Source: Eledone cirrhosa
Taxonomy: Eukaryota
Length of the DNA stretch: 64,000 nt
Direction of reading: 5' to 3'
Assembly: GCA_964016885.1 (NCBI GenBank)
Contig: OZ024742.1
Coordinates: 296,422,001 to 296,486,000, forward strand
The notes beneath the pieces are model-generated. The model searched no databases, was not told the DNA's origin, and saw only the letters and a list, made by a program, of their open reading frames with translations. This document shows positions 21,260 through 35,351 of the stretch, piece by piece. Every line of letters starts with the position of its first letter. Within the stretch, counting starts at the first letter, position 1. The translations under genes and the position numbers were made by a program.

Positions 21260-24018
21260 TTAGCTGTAGTGTTGGCGGATCTCGGGAAGCATGGAGGCCT
21301 TAAAGGATGCAGTGTCTCGACAGCTAACAACTGATGCAGGTAGTTCGTTCCATGCTTCAGCAACTCTAAGCGTGAAAAAATGTTTCCGAAAGTCATGGGA
21401 ACTGTGCTGTTTTCTTACTTTGTGGGCATGTCCACGTGTGTTAGACACATGGAAATCGAAAAGGCACTCAGGGTTGTTGTTGGCAACATGGTTAACAATT
21501 TTGTGGGTGTTTACCAAGTCAGTTGCCAGGCGTCGGAGCTTCAATGAATCCATGCCCAGGGAAGCAAGGCGCTCAGAGTATGGTAGATGCCTGATGGAGG
21601 GTATTCGCTTGGCTGCACGTCTCTGAACAGTTTCCAGGCGGTCAATGTCCTGAGCAAGATAGGGGTTCCAGACTGGTGATGCAAATTCTAAGTGTGGTCG
21701 CACCATAGCTGTATACAGCCTTAAATAGATATCTGGAGAGCGGCTGACAAAGGTCTTGCTGAGTGATGCTAAGACACCCTCGGCCCTCTTGACAATTTTA
21801 GAGACGTGCCTCGTCCAACGCAAATCGCTGCTGACCGTAATGCCCAGGTCACGTTCACAGGAAGACTTCTTGATATTAGTGCTGTGGAGGGAGTATGTGG
21901 ACGCTGGGTTTTTACTCCCAAAATGCATGGTGGTGCACTTGTCTACAGCTAGCTTGAGTTGCCAGTCTGAGATCCACTGTTGCATTGTGTCCAGGTCAGA
22001 CTGCAAGCAAGATCTATAGCGTTCAGGATCTGTCCTTTTTATCTCAAGGTACAGCTTGATGTCGTCTGCGTACTTTAGTACTGTGGCATTCCTTAAGTTG
22101 GCATCTATGTCATTAATATATGCCACAAACAAAAGGGGGCCAAGAACAGATCCCTGAGGTACACCAGATGACATCTCATATGGTGAGGAATGCTGTCCCA
22201 GAACCGTGACTACCTCTCTTCGACTGAGAATGAAGGACTTCAACCAGTTAAAAAGATCATCCTTCACACCCATTGCAGAGAGTTTTGCCATAAGCCTTTT
22301 GTGTGGCACAGAATTGAAGGCCTTCGCAAAGTCAAGGTAAACAACATCCACCCATGAGCCGCCATCAGTGATCCGGGTGATGTCCTCAAGAAACTCTATA
22401 AGTTGATCACAGCAGCTGGAGTTGGGGATAAATCCAAATTGCGAGGGCCGGATAAGACTGTGAGAGCTCCAGAAGTTCCAAAGTGTTTCTCTGACACAGG
22501 ATTCCATCAGTTTGGCGATGCAACTAGTAAGACTGACTGGACGATAGTTCACAGGTGATGTGCGCTCACCCTTTTTGAACAGAGGAATGACACTGGCAGT
22601 TTTCCACTGTTCTGGAGTAGCACTGTTGTTCAGACAGAATTGGAAGAAGCGTGATAACTGGTGTAGAAGGAAGTACCCACCACGTTTAAGAAGCAGGTAC
22701 GTAACACCATCAAGACCAGGAGAGGCATGGTTGCGTTTATTTTTTAGGTGACGTCGCAGCATTGCAGGTGTAAATTCCATGGTTGTAATAGAGTCCGGCG
22801 TCATAGGTGGTGGAGATGGTACACTCTGGTCTTCAATGGTGAAAATGCCTGCATAGCATTCAGCAATGAGCTCTGCACATTCCTTGGGGTCGTCAGTAAC
22901 CTGGCTTGTGTGGGGATTGCGAAGAGGACCAACTGGAGAGTGAGGCCTCTGCTTTGAGTGAACATACTTCCAGAACACCTTACTGTCAGGGCTGGTTGCT
23001 ATGCGCTGCTCAAATTGAAGCACTGCCTTTTTTGTCACCTGTTTGAGGTGGTTGGACAATCTATTTCGCCTCTTCCTATTAATGTCTGATTTGTGAAGTT
23101 TGTACTCACGTTCAGCATTGCGCCGTTCTTTTCTGGCAAGACGGACTGCTGCAGTCTCCCAAATTGCGCTTTTAGGATGTTTTTTCCGCTTACGTGGCAC
23201 CGATGCTGCACATGCTGTCCATATTGTGCTCAGGATGTTCTGGAGTACAGTGTTGACATCTCCAGAGTCATAGAACTCAAGCCAGTTTGGCCGTTGCAAC
23301 TCGGTGCAGTAACATTCCAGTCTGCTTTATTCCAGTCAAAGTGAGCAGTTTGGAGATGGTTGTGGTTCTTGTTACTGCCCATGAGGGATAGATTGGCAAT
23401 GATCATAGCATGATCAGAGTCACCTAAAGGTTCCTCAGCAGTAACACTAATGACCGTTTCAGGAGTAGTGGTGAAGAGTAGGTCCAAAGTGTTGTCACCT
23501 CTCGTTGGGGAGGTGACCACCTGGGACCAACTCGAGTCCAGCACCAGCTCAAGGAAGTCATCTGCACTTGGTGGCCAACGAAAGGTCTCCCAGTCAATCT
23601 CAGGGTGATTGAAGTCACCTGCAATGAAAACATAAGTGGCTGTCTTCCTGGCAGCAGCTCTGAGGATATCACAAAGTTGAGTGTCCTGATGGTAATTTGG
23701 GGGACGGTAAACGACTCCAAGTAGCAGTGTTGACATGGTCATACGTATATCGCAGAAAAAAACTTCCTGCTGTGATTGGTTCAAATCAGCACAAGGAATT
23801 GCCGACAGATTTGACCGAACGTAGACCATTACACCACCACCACGACGATTAATACGGTCTTTACGAAACAGGTTGTAGCCAGTCATGCTGAAAACCCCAT
23901 CACAGAGTAAGGGATGTGCCCAAGTTTCCGTGACTGTAATGAAGTCCGGGTTGATACTTTTGACGTAGGAGTCAAAAAGATGAATCTTATTGCATAGACT
24001 ACGTGCATTCAAGGACAA
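21260..24018 (-). pseudogene. LINE ORF2: apurinic-like endonuclease + reverse transcriptase, one frameshift near 23310
   Basis: APE motifs LNARS, VTETW, RGGGV, VYRPP, GDFN, LDL, SDH. RT motifs NYRPVSLTS, QFGF, LDFAKAFNSV, GVPQGSVLGP, YADD, ERDLG, RPHLE. Confidence 0.93.
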
Positions 24019-24077
24019 CAGTTTGTACTTTGATTCCAGTCTATGATTATGTGCAGGGGATGGCAGGTTGTTCTGAT

Positions 24078-25299
24078 TTAGTTCCCCAGAGTTTTTTCAG
24101 TTTCTTTATTGTCAGTTGTTGTGGGTACACTGTTTTCAAACCAGCTGGTGTCTCTTTTCCATGATTCGCCAGCCTTAACAAACTTCCATATCTGCCCATC
24201 ATCTCGTAGGCTGAAGCTTTCATGTTCTGCCGAGCTGCGGTTTAGGGAAGCTGCAGCACGCAACTTTGGGCGGACATCAGGTGGAAGACCAGGACGTGTT
24301 CGGAAAGCAATCCGACTTTCACGCCTAGCTTTATCAGAGGCTACAAGGTATGAACGTGCCTCAGCCGAGTTTGAAAACGACAGTCTAATTAACCTGGGTT
24401 TCGGGCCTGGTCGGCCAAGGCGTAGAGCACCCTTTGCGGGAGCACAGCCCAGGTCTTTGCGCAGCAAATGCCTGAAGATCAACTATGTCTTCCGGCACAC
24501 CAATGGCAATCACTTCGTGGTTTGCAGATTCAGTGGCATTCTCAATGCGTCTAGGTTCAACATGAGGTACGCGGAGATTTTTTAACAAGGCACTCCTGTA
24601 AGATCCCTCATTGTGGGGTTCTACACGAACGCTTGATTTTATTTCCGCTATTTCTTGACTGAAAGCGGAAATCATTTGCCGTATTTCCTCAAACTCCGTA
24701 TTGACGGTCGGTTTTTGTTGTTGTTCTTCTCCTTCAACAGGCATGGTAGAAGACACAGTCGTCGGTTGTTGTTGTTGAAAAGTAACGGGTGAGGAAGACA
24801 TGGGTTGCTGTTGTTGATGAAGTCCTTCAACGGGGGTAGTAGCAGAAACTACGGTCGTTGGTTTTTGCTGTTGTTCAGCGACAATGGTAGAGGAAGACAC
24901 GATCCTCGGTTTTTGTTGTTGTTGTTCAGGAACAATGGTAGAAGACACGATCTTCGGTCTTTGTTGTTGTTCCGCAGCAATGGGAGAAGCAGGCATACAG
25001 TCCAGGCACTGAAAGGACCAGTTTGTTAGCTGGACCATCTCCCAGAGTCTATCCATCGTAGCAATGTGATGTTTCTTATTTTGGCCTGGGATCTTCCGGA
25101 AGCCTGTGGCGCATTGAAGGCAGACAGAGATGCGACAGGTTCCACATTCGACCCAACGATTACGGAACGAGTTTTCGGGTTCCGTACAGATATGGCAGGT
25201 GTGATCTTCCGGGCAATGTTCTATTTTTGGACATCGACCAGTTTTGTCGCAAATTTCATCGATGGATATCACCATGGCAATTTTGTTATTTCTACCCAT
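24078..25299 (-). pseudogene. LINE ORF1: N-terminal PHD-like finger, Q/T-rich repeat linker, L1-ORF1/RRM-like C-terminus; frameshift near 24480
   Basis: CHIC...WVECGTC..VCLQC...FQCLDC; IAIGVPE then RLGRPGPKPRLIRLSF in the shifted frame; probable ATG at 25299. Confidence 0.8.
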
Positions 25300-26324
25300 C
25301 CGTAGAAAAACACAGAATGTAAACAATATAGGTTTAGCACACTTGATTACGATAGAAATAAAATGTCTGTTTTTTTTTGTGTATTTTGTTTCCGTTTTCC
25401 TAAATGTTGTGTGTGTGTAGAAGAGTCTGTGCATGTAAACAAATAAATATGCTGTGTAAGTTAAATGAAACGTACTGTAGAAGGCAGTTGTTTATTAACA
25501 GCGAATAACGTTTTTTTTGTTGTTTTTTTTCCCCTGATACTGCTTCTTTATAGTAAACTTTCAATAATATTTTTTTTTCAAATTATTAACTTTCAGCTGC
25601 TAGTATATATATATAATTAAAAGGTGTATGTGGGTTAGAAGCGAAGTCAATGTTAAGAAATATTTTACCAATGTAAATTGGTAAAATTGGCCGGTATAGT
25701 GTCTCACACGCAATAGTGTGGTTTCTTTTCACGTGTGTATATGCATATGGTATGTATCTGTATATAAATCTGCGTTATATTGTTGTTTATATGTTTTGTG
25801 GAGTACTTACTGCGATCCTTAAGGGATGTAGTGATTTGTTTTGTTTTTTTTTCTTTTTTCCCCGTCCATGTCCACACGTGGTTCGTTGGCGAAAATCAAG
25901 TCAAATTATATATACTTCGTTAAGATAATTCTATCTTGAAACTGGTACTAGTTGTCAGGGAACAGGGAAAGTAATTGTAATAATGAATATTGTAATCCAT
26001 CTGACATGTGTTTAAAGGGCAGTTTTTGGTGAAAATATTATATTTTGTTTGGTCAAGACGTGGTCAAGTGTATTTTTCTTAAACCTTAACATTTCCACAA
26101 CTGTGTTAACTGCAGCCACCACATTGCTTTATCCTATTTCAACAATATCCTGATATTTAAAGGTTGTTCGAGCTTATATTTAACAATTCGTCTTGGCTAT
26201 AATAACAAAAAGATAATTACGGTGAACATTTTAATGTTCACATGTTCATCAAATATTGATCAAGAGTGGGTGGCATTGATTGATAGAGATATTGGCTTTC
26301 TGACTTTAATGCTGTTTCAATGGA

Positions 26325-27452
26325 AACATCAGCATCAGCATCATCATCCCCACTACAAACACCACTAGCATCATCATTATTATTAACATCAATACCATTA
26401 AGACTACCACCATCACCACCTCTAGCATAGCCACCACTGCCACCACTATCACCACCATTATCATTACCATCACGACCACCATCACTACTACCACTGCCAC
26501 CACCTCCATCACTACCATCATCATCATTATTATTAACAGCAATACCATTAAGACTACCTCCATCACCAACCCTAGCACAACCACAGCTGCCACCATTAGC
26601 ACAACCGCCATCACCATTACCATCACCATCACCATCATTACTACCACTGCCACGACCAACACTACCATCATCATCATTATTATTAACAGCAATACCATTA
26701 AGACTACCACCATCACCACCATTAGCACAACCACCACTGCCACCACTATCACTACTATAACCATTACCTTCACAACCACCATCACTATTACCACTGCCAC
26801 CACCACCACTACCATCATCATTATTATTAACATCATTACCATTAAGACTACCACTAGCACAACCACCATTGCCACCACTATTACCACCATCACCACCACC
26901 ATCACTACTACCACTGATACCACCTCCATCACTACCATCATCATCATCATTATTATTAACATCAATACCAATAAGACTACCACCATCAACACCACTAGCA
27001 CAACTACCACTGCCACCACTATCACCACCATCACCATCACCACCATCACTACAACTACCACCACCACTACCATCATCATCATTATTATTAACATCAATAC
27101 CATTAACACTACCACCATCACCACCACTAGCACAACCACCACTGCCACCACTATCACCAACACCATTACTATCAGCACCACCATCACTACTACCACTGCC
27201 ACCACTACCACTGCCACCACTACCACTACTATCATCATCATCATTATTAACATCAATACCGTTAACACTAGCACCATCGCCACCACTAGCACAACCACTA
27301 CTATCACTATCACCACCACCATCACTAACACAACTACCACCACCATTGTCATCATCATCATTGCCACTGCTGCTGTCATCAATGCCATCACTGACACCAC
27401 CACCACCACTACCATCATCAATACCATCAGTGCGATCACCACCCCACCATCA
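26325..27452. repeat. Compound (ACC/ATC/ACT)n low-complexity minisatellite with a ~130-150 bp recurring block
   Basis: Recurrent anchor catcattattattaacatcaataccattaagactacc; ORFs here are V/M- or P/L/S-rich artefacts. Confidence 0.9.
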
Positions 27453-27730
27453 CATTAAGCTTTAACAACAATTATACCAGTGGACTCTTTTGAATGAAGT
27501 TATATAGTGTAATTATAATTACTTCTCATAATTAGATAGGTAAATGCAATGGATATCATTTATCTGACTGTCAATCATATTTACTACATAGATACATTAT
27601 ATAAATATAAATACTTTATATTTATAATTGGCTTGTCACAACACTGGTATTTTTCTGACATAAATTTGTTGTATTATGCTAGCAAACCTTTTTGGAGTAA
27701 ATATCACTATATCCAAAATAATCTCAAGTA

Positions 27731-28033
27731 TTCTCGGGTCCCAAATAATAGAGGGGTGGGTGGAAAATTGGTAATTTTTCTAGGTTACTTCCCTTAATTT
27801 TTCAAAAACCAACCCATCCTATTCATTTCATAACTTATGGGATTTCTTGTAATGTTCTTTTTTTGTCATGTATAATGTCTTTTAATATCTAAAGAAAATT
27901 AATTGGCGCAGGAATGCTACCACTTAAAATAAAATGGAGATAGATTAACAAAATCTAATAACTGTGGTGGTTGGAAAAAAATCTTAAAATTTAATATGCA
28001 GGGGGAAGGGGACAATTATTCTAAACCCGAGAG
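27731..28033. mobile_element. ~300-bp MITE with TA flanks (Tc1/mariner-like)
   Basis: ta|ttctcgggtcccaaataat ... attattctaaacccgagag|ta. Confidence 0.55.
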
Positions 28034-28560
28034 TAGTTAATTTTATGAATAGGCTGTTCTGTTGATCAAACAACTGGAATTCCCATCGTCAAAACAGTTG
28101 GAAGTCCAGCACAGTCACAGATGGCTTTTTTCTATCTCCATGATAAGCAGTTATATATTATTTGTAATATATAACTAGGATCATTAAATTTGCTATGGTA
28201 AGATTCTTTTGTTATCTTGGCAATTTAATTTTCTTTCTAATGCATTGATTGGTTTTCAAAATTATTTAAATTTGTGTTTCCTATTCAACTATACTTCAAG
28301 CAAGCTAAATAACATTTGTGGTTAAGAAGTTTTCATTGTAATGTTTCAGGTTCAATCCTACTCTTTGGCATCATAGGTGTCTTTACCATGACTTTGAGTT
28401 GACCCAAATCTTATGAGTGAAATTACATTGAGGGTACACGTGTCTGTGGAATGCTTATTTATTTGCACATTAATTTAATGAGCAGGCTGTTTTATTCATC
28501 AAACAACTGGAACATTCATCAGAACTGACAGAAGCCTAACATAAACAGAAGCAGTTGTTT

Positions 28561-29637
28561 TTAATAATGATAATAATAATGAAATATTGTGTACAGTGCT
28601 CAGGTGCACTACAATTCATCAAAAAGTGTATGTATAGTACATAGGGTAATGCACAAGCGTCAGGAAAATGAACAGTGCATGAGTCATGATATACACATGT
28701 GTGCATGTGTATGGAAGGGGGACATCAGATGTAGTTTTTGCGAATTTTGGGAAGCATGAAGGTTTTAAAGGATGCAGTGTCTCGGCAGCTAACAACTGAC
28801 GTAGGCAGTTTGTTCCATGCTTCAGCAACTCTGAGCGTGAAAAAATGTTTACGAAAGTCATGGGAGCTGTGCTGTTTTCTGATTTTGTAGGCATGTCCAC
28901 GTGTGTTAGACACATGGAGATCTAAAAGGTGCTCAGGGTTGTTGTTGGCGAGATGGTTAATAACTTTGTGGGTGTTTACCAAGTCCATTGCCAGATGTCG
29001 GAGCTTCAATGAATCCATGCCCAGGGAAGCAAGGCGTTCAGAGTATGGTAGGTGTCTGATGGAGGGTATGCGCTTGGTTACACATCTCTGAACAGTTTCC
29101 AGGAGGTCAATGTTCTGAGCAAGATAGGGGTTCCAGACTGATGATGTAAATTCCAAGTGTGGTCGTACCGTAGCTGTATACAGCTTTAAATAGATGGCTG
29201 GAGAGTGGCTAACAAAGGTCTTTCTGAGTGATGCCAAGACACCCTCGGCCTTCTTGACAATCTTAGAGACATGCTTTGTCCAATGCAAATCGCTGCTGAC
29301 AGTAATTCCCAGGTCACGTTCACAAGAGGACTTCTTGATATCAGTGTTGTGGAGGGAGTATGCGGACACTGGATTTTTCCTTCCAAAATGCATGGTTAGC
29401 CAGCTTCAGTTGCCAGACTGTGATCCATTGCTGCATTGTGTCCAGGTCTGATTGTAGGAAAGAGTTGTAGATTTCAGGATCAGTCCTTTTGATTTCAAGG
29501 TACAGCTTGATGTCATCTGCATATTTCAGTACCGTGGCATTCTTTAAGTTAGCATCTATGTCATTAATATATGCCACAAACAAAAGGGGACCAAGAACAG
29601 ATCCCTGTGGTACACCAGATGACATCTCATATGGTGA
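28561..29637 (-). mobile_element. 5'-truncated second copy of the CR1/L2-group LINE (RT C-terminus + 3' UTR), with a small frameshifting deletion near 29395
   Basis: SSGVPQGSVLGPLLFVAYINDIDANLKNATVLKYADD, very similar to 21260-22185; same 3' stem-loop and tail. Confidence 0.92.
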
Positions 29638-30939
29638 AAAATTTTATCTCCATGATGTAAGAATAAGTATCATCCTCATCATCATCATCATCATTAACAA
29701 CATTATGTAACATCCAATTTCCCAGTACCTAATCAGAACCGACTTTTCAGATTGGGGAGAGCTTGAATTATATTTACATATGTTCCTGCACTCTACATAT
29801 ACCCTGCATTTTATTATGACACCAGCACTGGGGAGGTTGTTATATCTTTGACACAACTAAAGAATTCTCTCTACACTTTGTTTGGAAAATTTTCCATGCC
29901 TACATTCCCTTCATATCCCCAACCAATTTACAGAGACTACTGGGTGTATTTTGTTGTTACCAAAACTAGGGACAGTGTTGCACCCTTGACACAATTGAAG
30001 TGTATTCTCTACCCTTTGTTTAGGAAGGTTTATACAACTGGATGCTTTTCCTTTCACCAAGCACTTTACTGAGTGTACTAGGTGCAATTTATTGTTTCAT
30101 TCACTTTGTTTCTTTCTACCTCCCTAAAACAAATAATACCTGACAAATCTCTAAAATATTGAAATATTAACAAGAATATTGATATTTTATCAACAAATCT
30201 AAAGAAATCTCATCTCATAAATATAAATTGATTTGTTTCTCTTTCTGTGAAACTCTTATTTCTTGGAGATAACTTCCATGTTCCTCCTCCTCTTCTTCTC
30301 CTCCTCACCTCATCCTTCACCTCTCTCCAGATGTTCATTACTTCTGGCAACCAGTAATTAATATGGCCAACATTCATTGCTCAATATTCACAAGGTGACC
30401 ACTTAAATACAACCTTTACTTTTGTACTCATCATATCTTTGTTTATTGTTGTGGTTATATATTTTTTGTTTGTTAATTCAAATGTCTCCTAGCAATTCTT
30501 TATTTCTTTTTCTCTCCCTGCTTCCAAGTCAACATTAGCTGTTCTATTTTATATGTTTTATTCTGAGTGTGACAATTGTCATTATGGAGAGAGAGAGAGA
30601 GAGAGAGAGACTAAAAGTCTTGTATCCAGCAATGTTGAACTGAACATAACCTTTCAATATATGAGATGAATAATGTTATGTTCAGATTTTAGGAAACCAA
30701 TATTTAAGACAATAGACACAACAGAATTACTTTGAAAATATTAGCACTTAAGAAATAACACTTATATATGTCTAAAGAAAACATTGAATTTTATGGAGAA
30801 AGAGCAATCACAAAAAATAAAAATTGTTTTTTATAAAATTATATATAGTGGCATAGTGACTATGGTTATTCCCTCTAAGCTGCTTAGCTGTGCAGCCCCT
30901 GTATTGGTGCCAGACACAGTTACATGTTTCTGTTGGGTA

Positions 30940-32080
30940 GATTTCAATTTAGGGTAAAAATTAGTGGGAATACTGCTAAAAACCACATTGAGATAATCAA
31001 TAAGAAGAACATCAATGATATAAAACTTTTCCAATCACATGGAGGATCCATAGAAGTGTTTCGTAGCTTCTGCTATCTAGGTGACCTAATTAGCAGTAGA
31101 GGAGGGTGCTATGAGAGCATAATAGTTAGAATAAGGTTAGGATGGAAGAATTTTAGAGCGCTACTCTCACTGTTGACAACAAAATGTTTCTCCCTACATA
31201 CAACTGACCTTGCTTACCTACACCTCTCTAAGACAATGACACTGGATCGAGACCTTTGGCACCATGCAGTTGTACAAGAAGACCCGGCTGTCATTGCATA
31301 CAAACCTACAGTCAGTAGGCACCTCTTAACCCAACACCCCTACACCCTATCCCATTCTCCCTCTCCCATTCCATCCACTGTGTCGATGACACAACAGTCC
31401 ACACTGTAAGGTGGCCGTGTAGGAGACACAGTGAAAAGGCTCCCAGTCCATATTGTAAATGTGGTTGGTGTTAGGAAGGGCATCCAGCTGTAAAAAAAAA
31501 CTGCCAGAGACGCTTCCGTATAAGTGAGACATGGTCTCCTGACCATTCTTGCATCAAATGGAACAAAACCATCTAACCTATGCTAGTGTGGAAGATGCAC
31601 GTTAAACGATGATGATGATACAAAAGGATGAAAGTATGATGCCTGTGTACAAAGTGCAATGCTGCTTGGTAATGAAACATGGGCTGTGACTGCAGAGGAC
31701 ATGTGTAGGATGAAGCAACAAGGCTTCATTGGATGTGCAATGTAAGTGTGAGAGAAGAGTAGAGCTTTGGATGAACTATGGATGAAACTGGGTTTAAAAG
31801 GAATCTGAAGTGGTGTGCAAGAGAGAAGTCTGTGTTGGTAAATATATGTGATGCACATGGATGATGATCACTTGGTGAAGATGTACCTTATCACAGTGGA
31901 AGGATACAGCAGTAGAAGTAGACCAAGAAAGACCTGGGCAGAGGTGGTGAAAGCTGATTGCAAATCACTGAGGCTCACAGAGGATATGATGAAAGAACGC
32001 AGCAAGTGGAGAGATGTTGTGCTGAAAAGAACCCATCCTACCCATGGAAAATTGAATGGAAAGACAATGATGATGATGGT
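30940..32080 (+). mobile_element. Two adjacent decayed RTE LINE fragments, each with its own 3' end
   Basis: SFCYLGDLISSRGGC..RIRLGWKNFRALL; ETWAV; SRPRKTWAEVVKAD; tails at ~31610 and ~32070. Confidence 0.8.
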
Positions 32081-33216
32081 GAAAGATGTGAGAAGTGATG
32101 CTTTGATTAAGCAGTGTTCAATGATAGGTATGGAAACACTGCTTTGATTAGTAAAAGTAACAATTTCTGTGACAAGACTTCTATTGCAAATTAAAATCTA
32201 AGTAACAAAAATTTGGAAAAGGAAAATAATTACATTATGCTAGCATGGAAAAAAAGATGTTAAACGATGATGATGAGGATGATGAAGTCTCAAAGATAAA
32301 AGTGACTAACGAGAGAACTAAACAAAGTCTTTCATAGGTGATATTGATTACTGACGAGTGATCCTTAATCTCTGATCTCATATCCCTAACAGAGTTGTAG
32401 ATGTGCAGTTGGGCATTATAAACCTAGTGGTACCCATCACTCTATAGGTTTGACCATAACTGATTTCTTTTAGAGACTGAGAGAGAGTGAAAGAGAAAGA
32501 GTGAGTGAGAGAAAGAGAGGGATGAATCAACCCCAGGATTAGACTGGTACCTGATTTATGACCCAAAAAGATGAATGAGGCAAAAAGTCTGCCTTGGCAG
32601 GACTTGAACTCAGAGCCCAGAAATTACTCTGTCCAATGACCTAATGGCCAGGCCAATTCAGCAATGTCAGACAGAAATCACAAGAAAATCATCATCATTA
32701 TCGTTTAACGTCTATCTTCCACGCTAGCATGAGTTTAGACTGATGTAACAATATTTGTAATGCGTGACATGAAAGCATCAGTGATGGCTCAATTTCAAAT
32801 AAAACGAATACATTTGGTGTTTGAAAACGCTAACCAATCACAACCAATAAACATAGAAACAAGAATAAAAAAAAATTGCAAATAATATAGATAAACAAAC
32901 ATATATATATAATTAATCAGACAGTTATAATACTTTGAATATCAAAGCATCAAAAATGCAAAAGTGTAGTTGCTCCCAAACATATTTTGTAGTAAAATTC
33001 TATGATTTTCCAAAATTTTCCCCTTCAAATTCACTTTTGCTTTGAAATAATGAAAAAAAAAAGAAGAAAAAAACAATAGACAGAAATATAGTGGAATGAC
33101 ATCCTTTCTATTAAAGTGGTCGATAAACAGAGACATCATAGAATAGAGAGAACTCTTTTAGACTTATCAAAAACTTCTTCCCTAGTGATCATGCTATAAT
33201 AAATTATACCTGTTAA

Positions 33217-33435
33217 TCCTTTAGCATTTACATTACTCTATATACGCTATTGTATTTTCATGGTAAAGGCTTTATCTCACATAATAATCTCATAATATCG
33301 AATCTATGAGATTCTGATATTATTTATTTTGAGAACAAAACATTAACATCAGTATGAGTGGCCAGTTATTGCTGGTTTGATCAGCATGAGGTGAGATGAT
33401 TCTAGCCAAATACAGCGGGTTTAAATGCTAAAGGG
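33217..33435. mobile_element. piggyBac-like MITE with TTAA TSD
   Basis: ttaa|tcctttagcattta ... taaatgctaaaggg|ttaa; related copy in the opposite orientation at 52911-53118. Confidence 0.75.
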
Positions 33436-34739
33436 TTAAGTGGTTGGCATGAGGAAGGATATCCAGCTGTAGTAACAATGCCAAAATTAGGATGTATGAG
33501 TCTAACGTGATCCTCTGACCCATGTATGGGGGCAGTTAGTTATGTATAAGAAGTGACTCAGACTATAATAAATTATCCAAACTATAGCATCATGGAAAAT
33601 GGATATTAAATAATGCTGATGATGTAGAACCCATCCCTATATCCTACAGACTATCCTCATCACCTTAATTTTAATAAGACATTAAATAGAATAAAAATTG
33701 CTTTTGAGGAAGACTACATATCAATTAATAAATTTTGTTTAAAGGAATCTCATTTTATGGAAACAGAATACTTTTGCAGGACCTGCTTTGGGAAAACACT
33801 GTAATAGTGTTTTATGTGGCTTGGTATTAGAATTTAATGCAAAACCACTTTTTCATTTCACATGCATATTCTAGCTTTTGTGTATAATATGAGAAATTTT
33901 GAATTAAATAAAATTAAGGGCAAAAATGGTGGTTCCTAATATACATTAGTACATGTTTTTAGAATATTATACTGAGCTTAAAAATACTCATCTCATATGG
34001 CAAGATTGTAAACAAATAGTGATAACAATTATTTAGAAATGGTTATATGATATATCAGTAATATTACATATTTGTGTATCAACATAATTAAATGTCATTT
34101 ATCTTAGTGATAGGAAGTTGGTAAAATAAATAAAAGATATGTTATGTTTTTGCTTACATTATTGTTACATCTGAGGCCTAAAAATTGTTTACATTTCTTG
34201 CTTAAATAATGGATTGATAATTCCCATATTGTAAAGTTGCTTGCTAAACATATTCCTCCATTTGTTGACATACAGTACCTGGTGTGAGAACTATAATAAA
34301 TGATGTGAGAAAAATACATTAGAAATAGATAAACAAATAACAAATATAATTAAATCAGGTACTGGTACTGGTAGATTCTCTAATGCCAAGAGAAACTGAC
34401 TATTGTAGTAAAATATATGTGGGAAATTAAGATTTTGATGGATAATATGGTACATCAGTTGACAGCTCAGCCTCTCTCTGCAACTTGAGACTAGCTAAAG
34501 CCAAAGAAGCCCACAAAACTTGCAGGTCCAGGGTGACCTACAGGATTGGGTGGGAAGCATTGGTAGATAAGGAAGTCAGGACCAGGTATGCAGATACAAT
34601 TGTATCCAAATTCAGAGAACTATCTGAGCTAATCTCAGGTTGAATTGTCCAGGAAGTGACTGTTGAGCAAGATGGATGCATTTATTCATTCATCCTACAT
34701 ATTTTTTTTTTCATATGCAACTTTGCTGATGTAAGTGGT

Positions 34740-35230
34740 AATCGATAGCTATAAGAAGGATAGGATGGAAGAAATTTAAAGAGCTACTTGCACTATTGAC
34801 AATACAATATTACTCCCTACATACAAAAGGATGCCATGTTCAAAGTGCAATGCTGCACGATAGTGAAACATGGGTTGTGACTACAGAGGACATGCATTCA
34901 CCGGAGAGATGAAGCAACCATGCTTCATTGGATGTGCAATGTAAATGTGAGAGAATTGAGGGAAAAACTGGGTTTAAGAGGAATCCGATGTGATACGCAA
35001 GAGAGAAGACTACGTTGGTACAGACATGTAATAAATGTAGATGACGATTGCTGGAGGAAAGAATTGTCAGGAAATACCACTAGATGGAAGCTACATTAGA
35101 GGTAGACAAAGGAAAACCTGGGCAGATGTGGTGAAAGCTGATCTCAAATCATGGAGATATGCCGTGCTGAAAAGGATCAGTCCAACCCATGCAAGTGTGG
35201 ACAAACGAACGTAAAAATAATGATGATGAT
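34740..35230 (+). mobile_element. Decayed RTE LINE 3' fragment
   Basis: IRRIGWKKFKELL, AMLHDSETWVV, RRLRWY, GRQRKTWADVVKAD, (tga)n tail. Confidence 0.8.
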
Positions 35231-35279
35231 ATATATATGAGTGTGTGTGTGTGTGTGTGTCTGTGTGCATGAGTGTATG

Positions 35280-35351
<72 letters not shown>

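Larger units (their letters stand above)
21147..25440 (-). mobile_element. Near full-length CR1/L2-group (Jockey group) non-LTR retrotransposon
   Basis: ORF1 with PHD finger, ORF2 APE-RT, 3' stem-loop and (ATT)n tail at 21147-21195. The 5' boundary is approximate and no TSD was found. Confidence 0.92.

Noticed and set aside
21291-22957. Plus-strand ORFs overlapping the LINE
   Set aside because: Antisense shadows of the RT ORF with no independent motifs.
26306-27465. 378-aa V/M-rich and 198-aa P/L/S-rich ORFs as membrane or mucin proteins
   Set aside because: Translations of trinucleotide low-complexity DNA with no unique domain or splice evidence.
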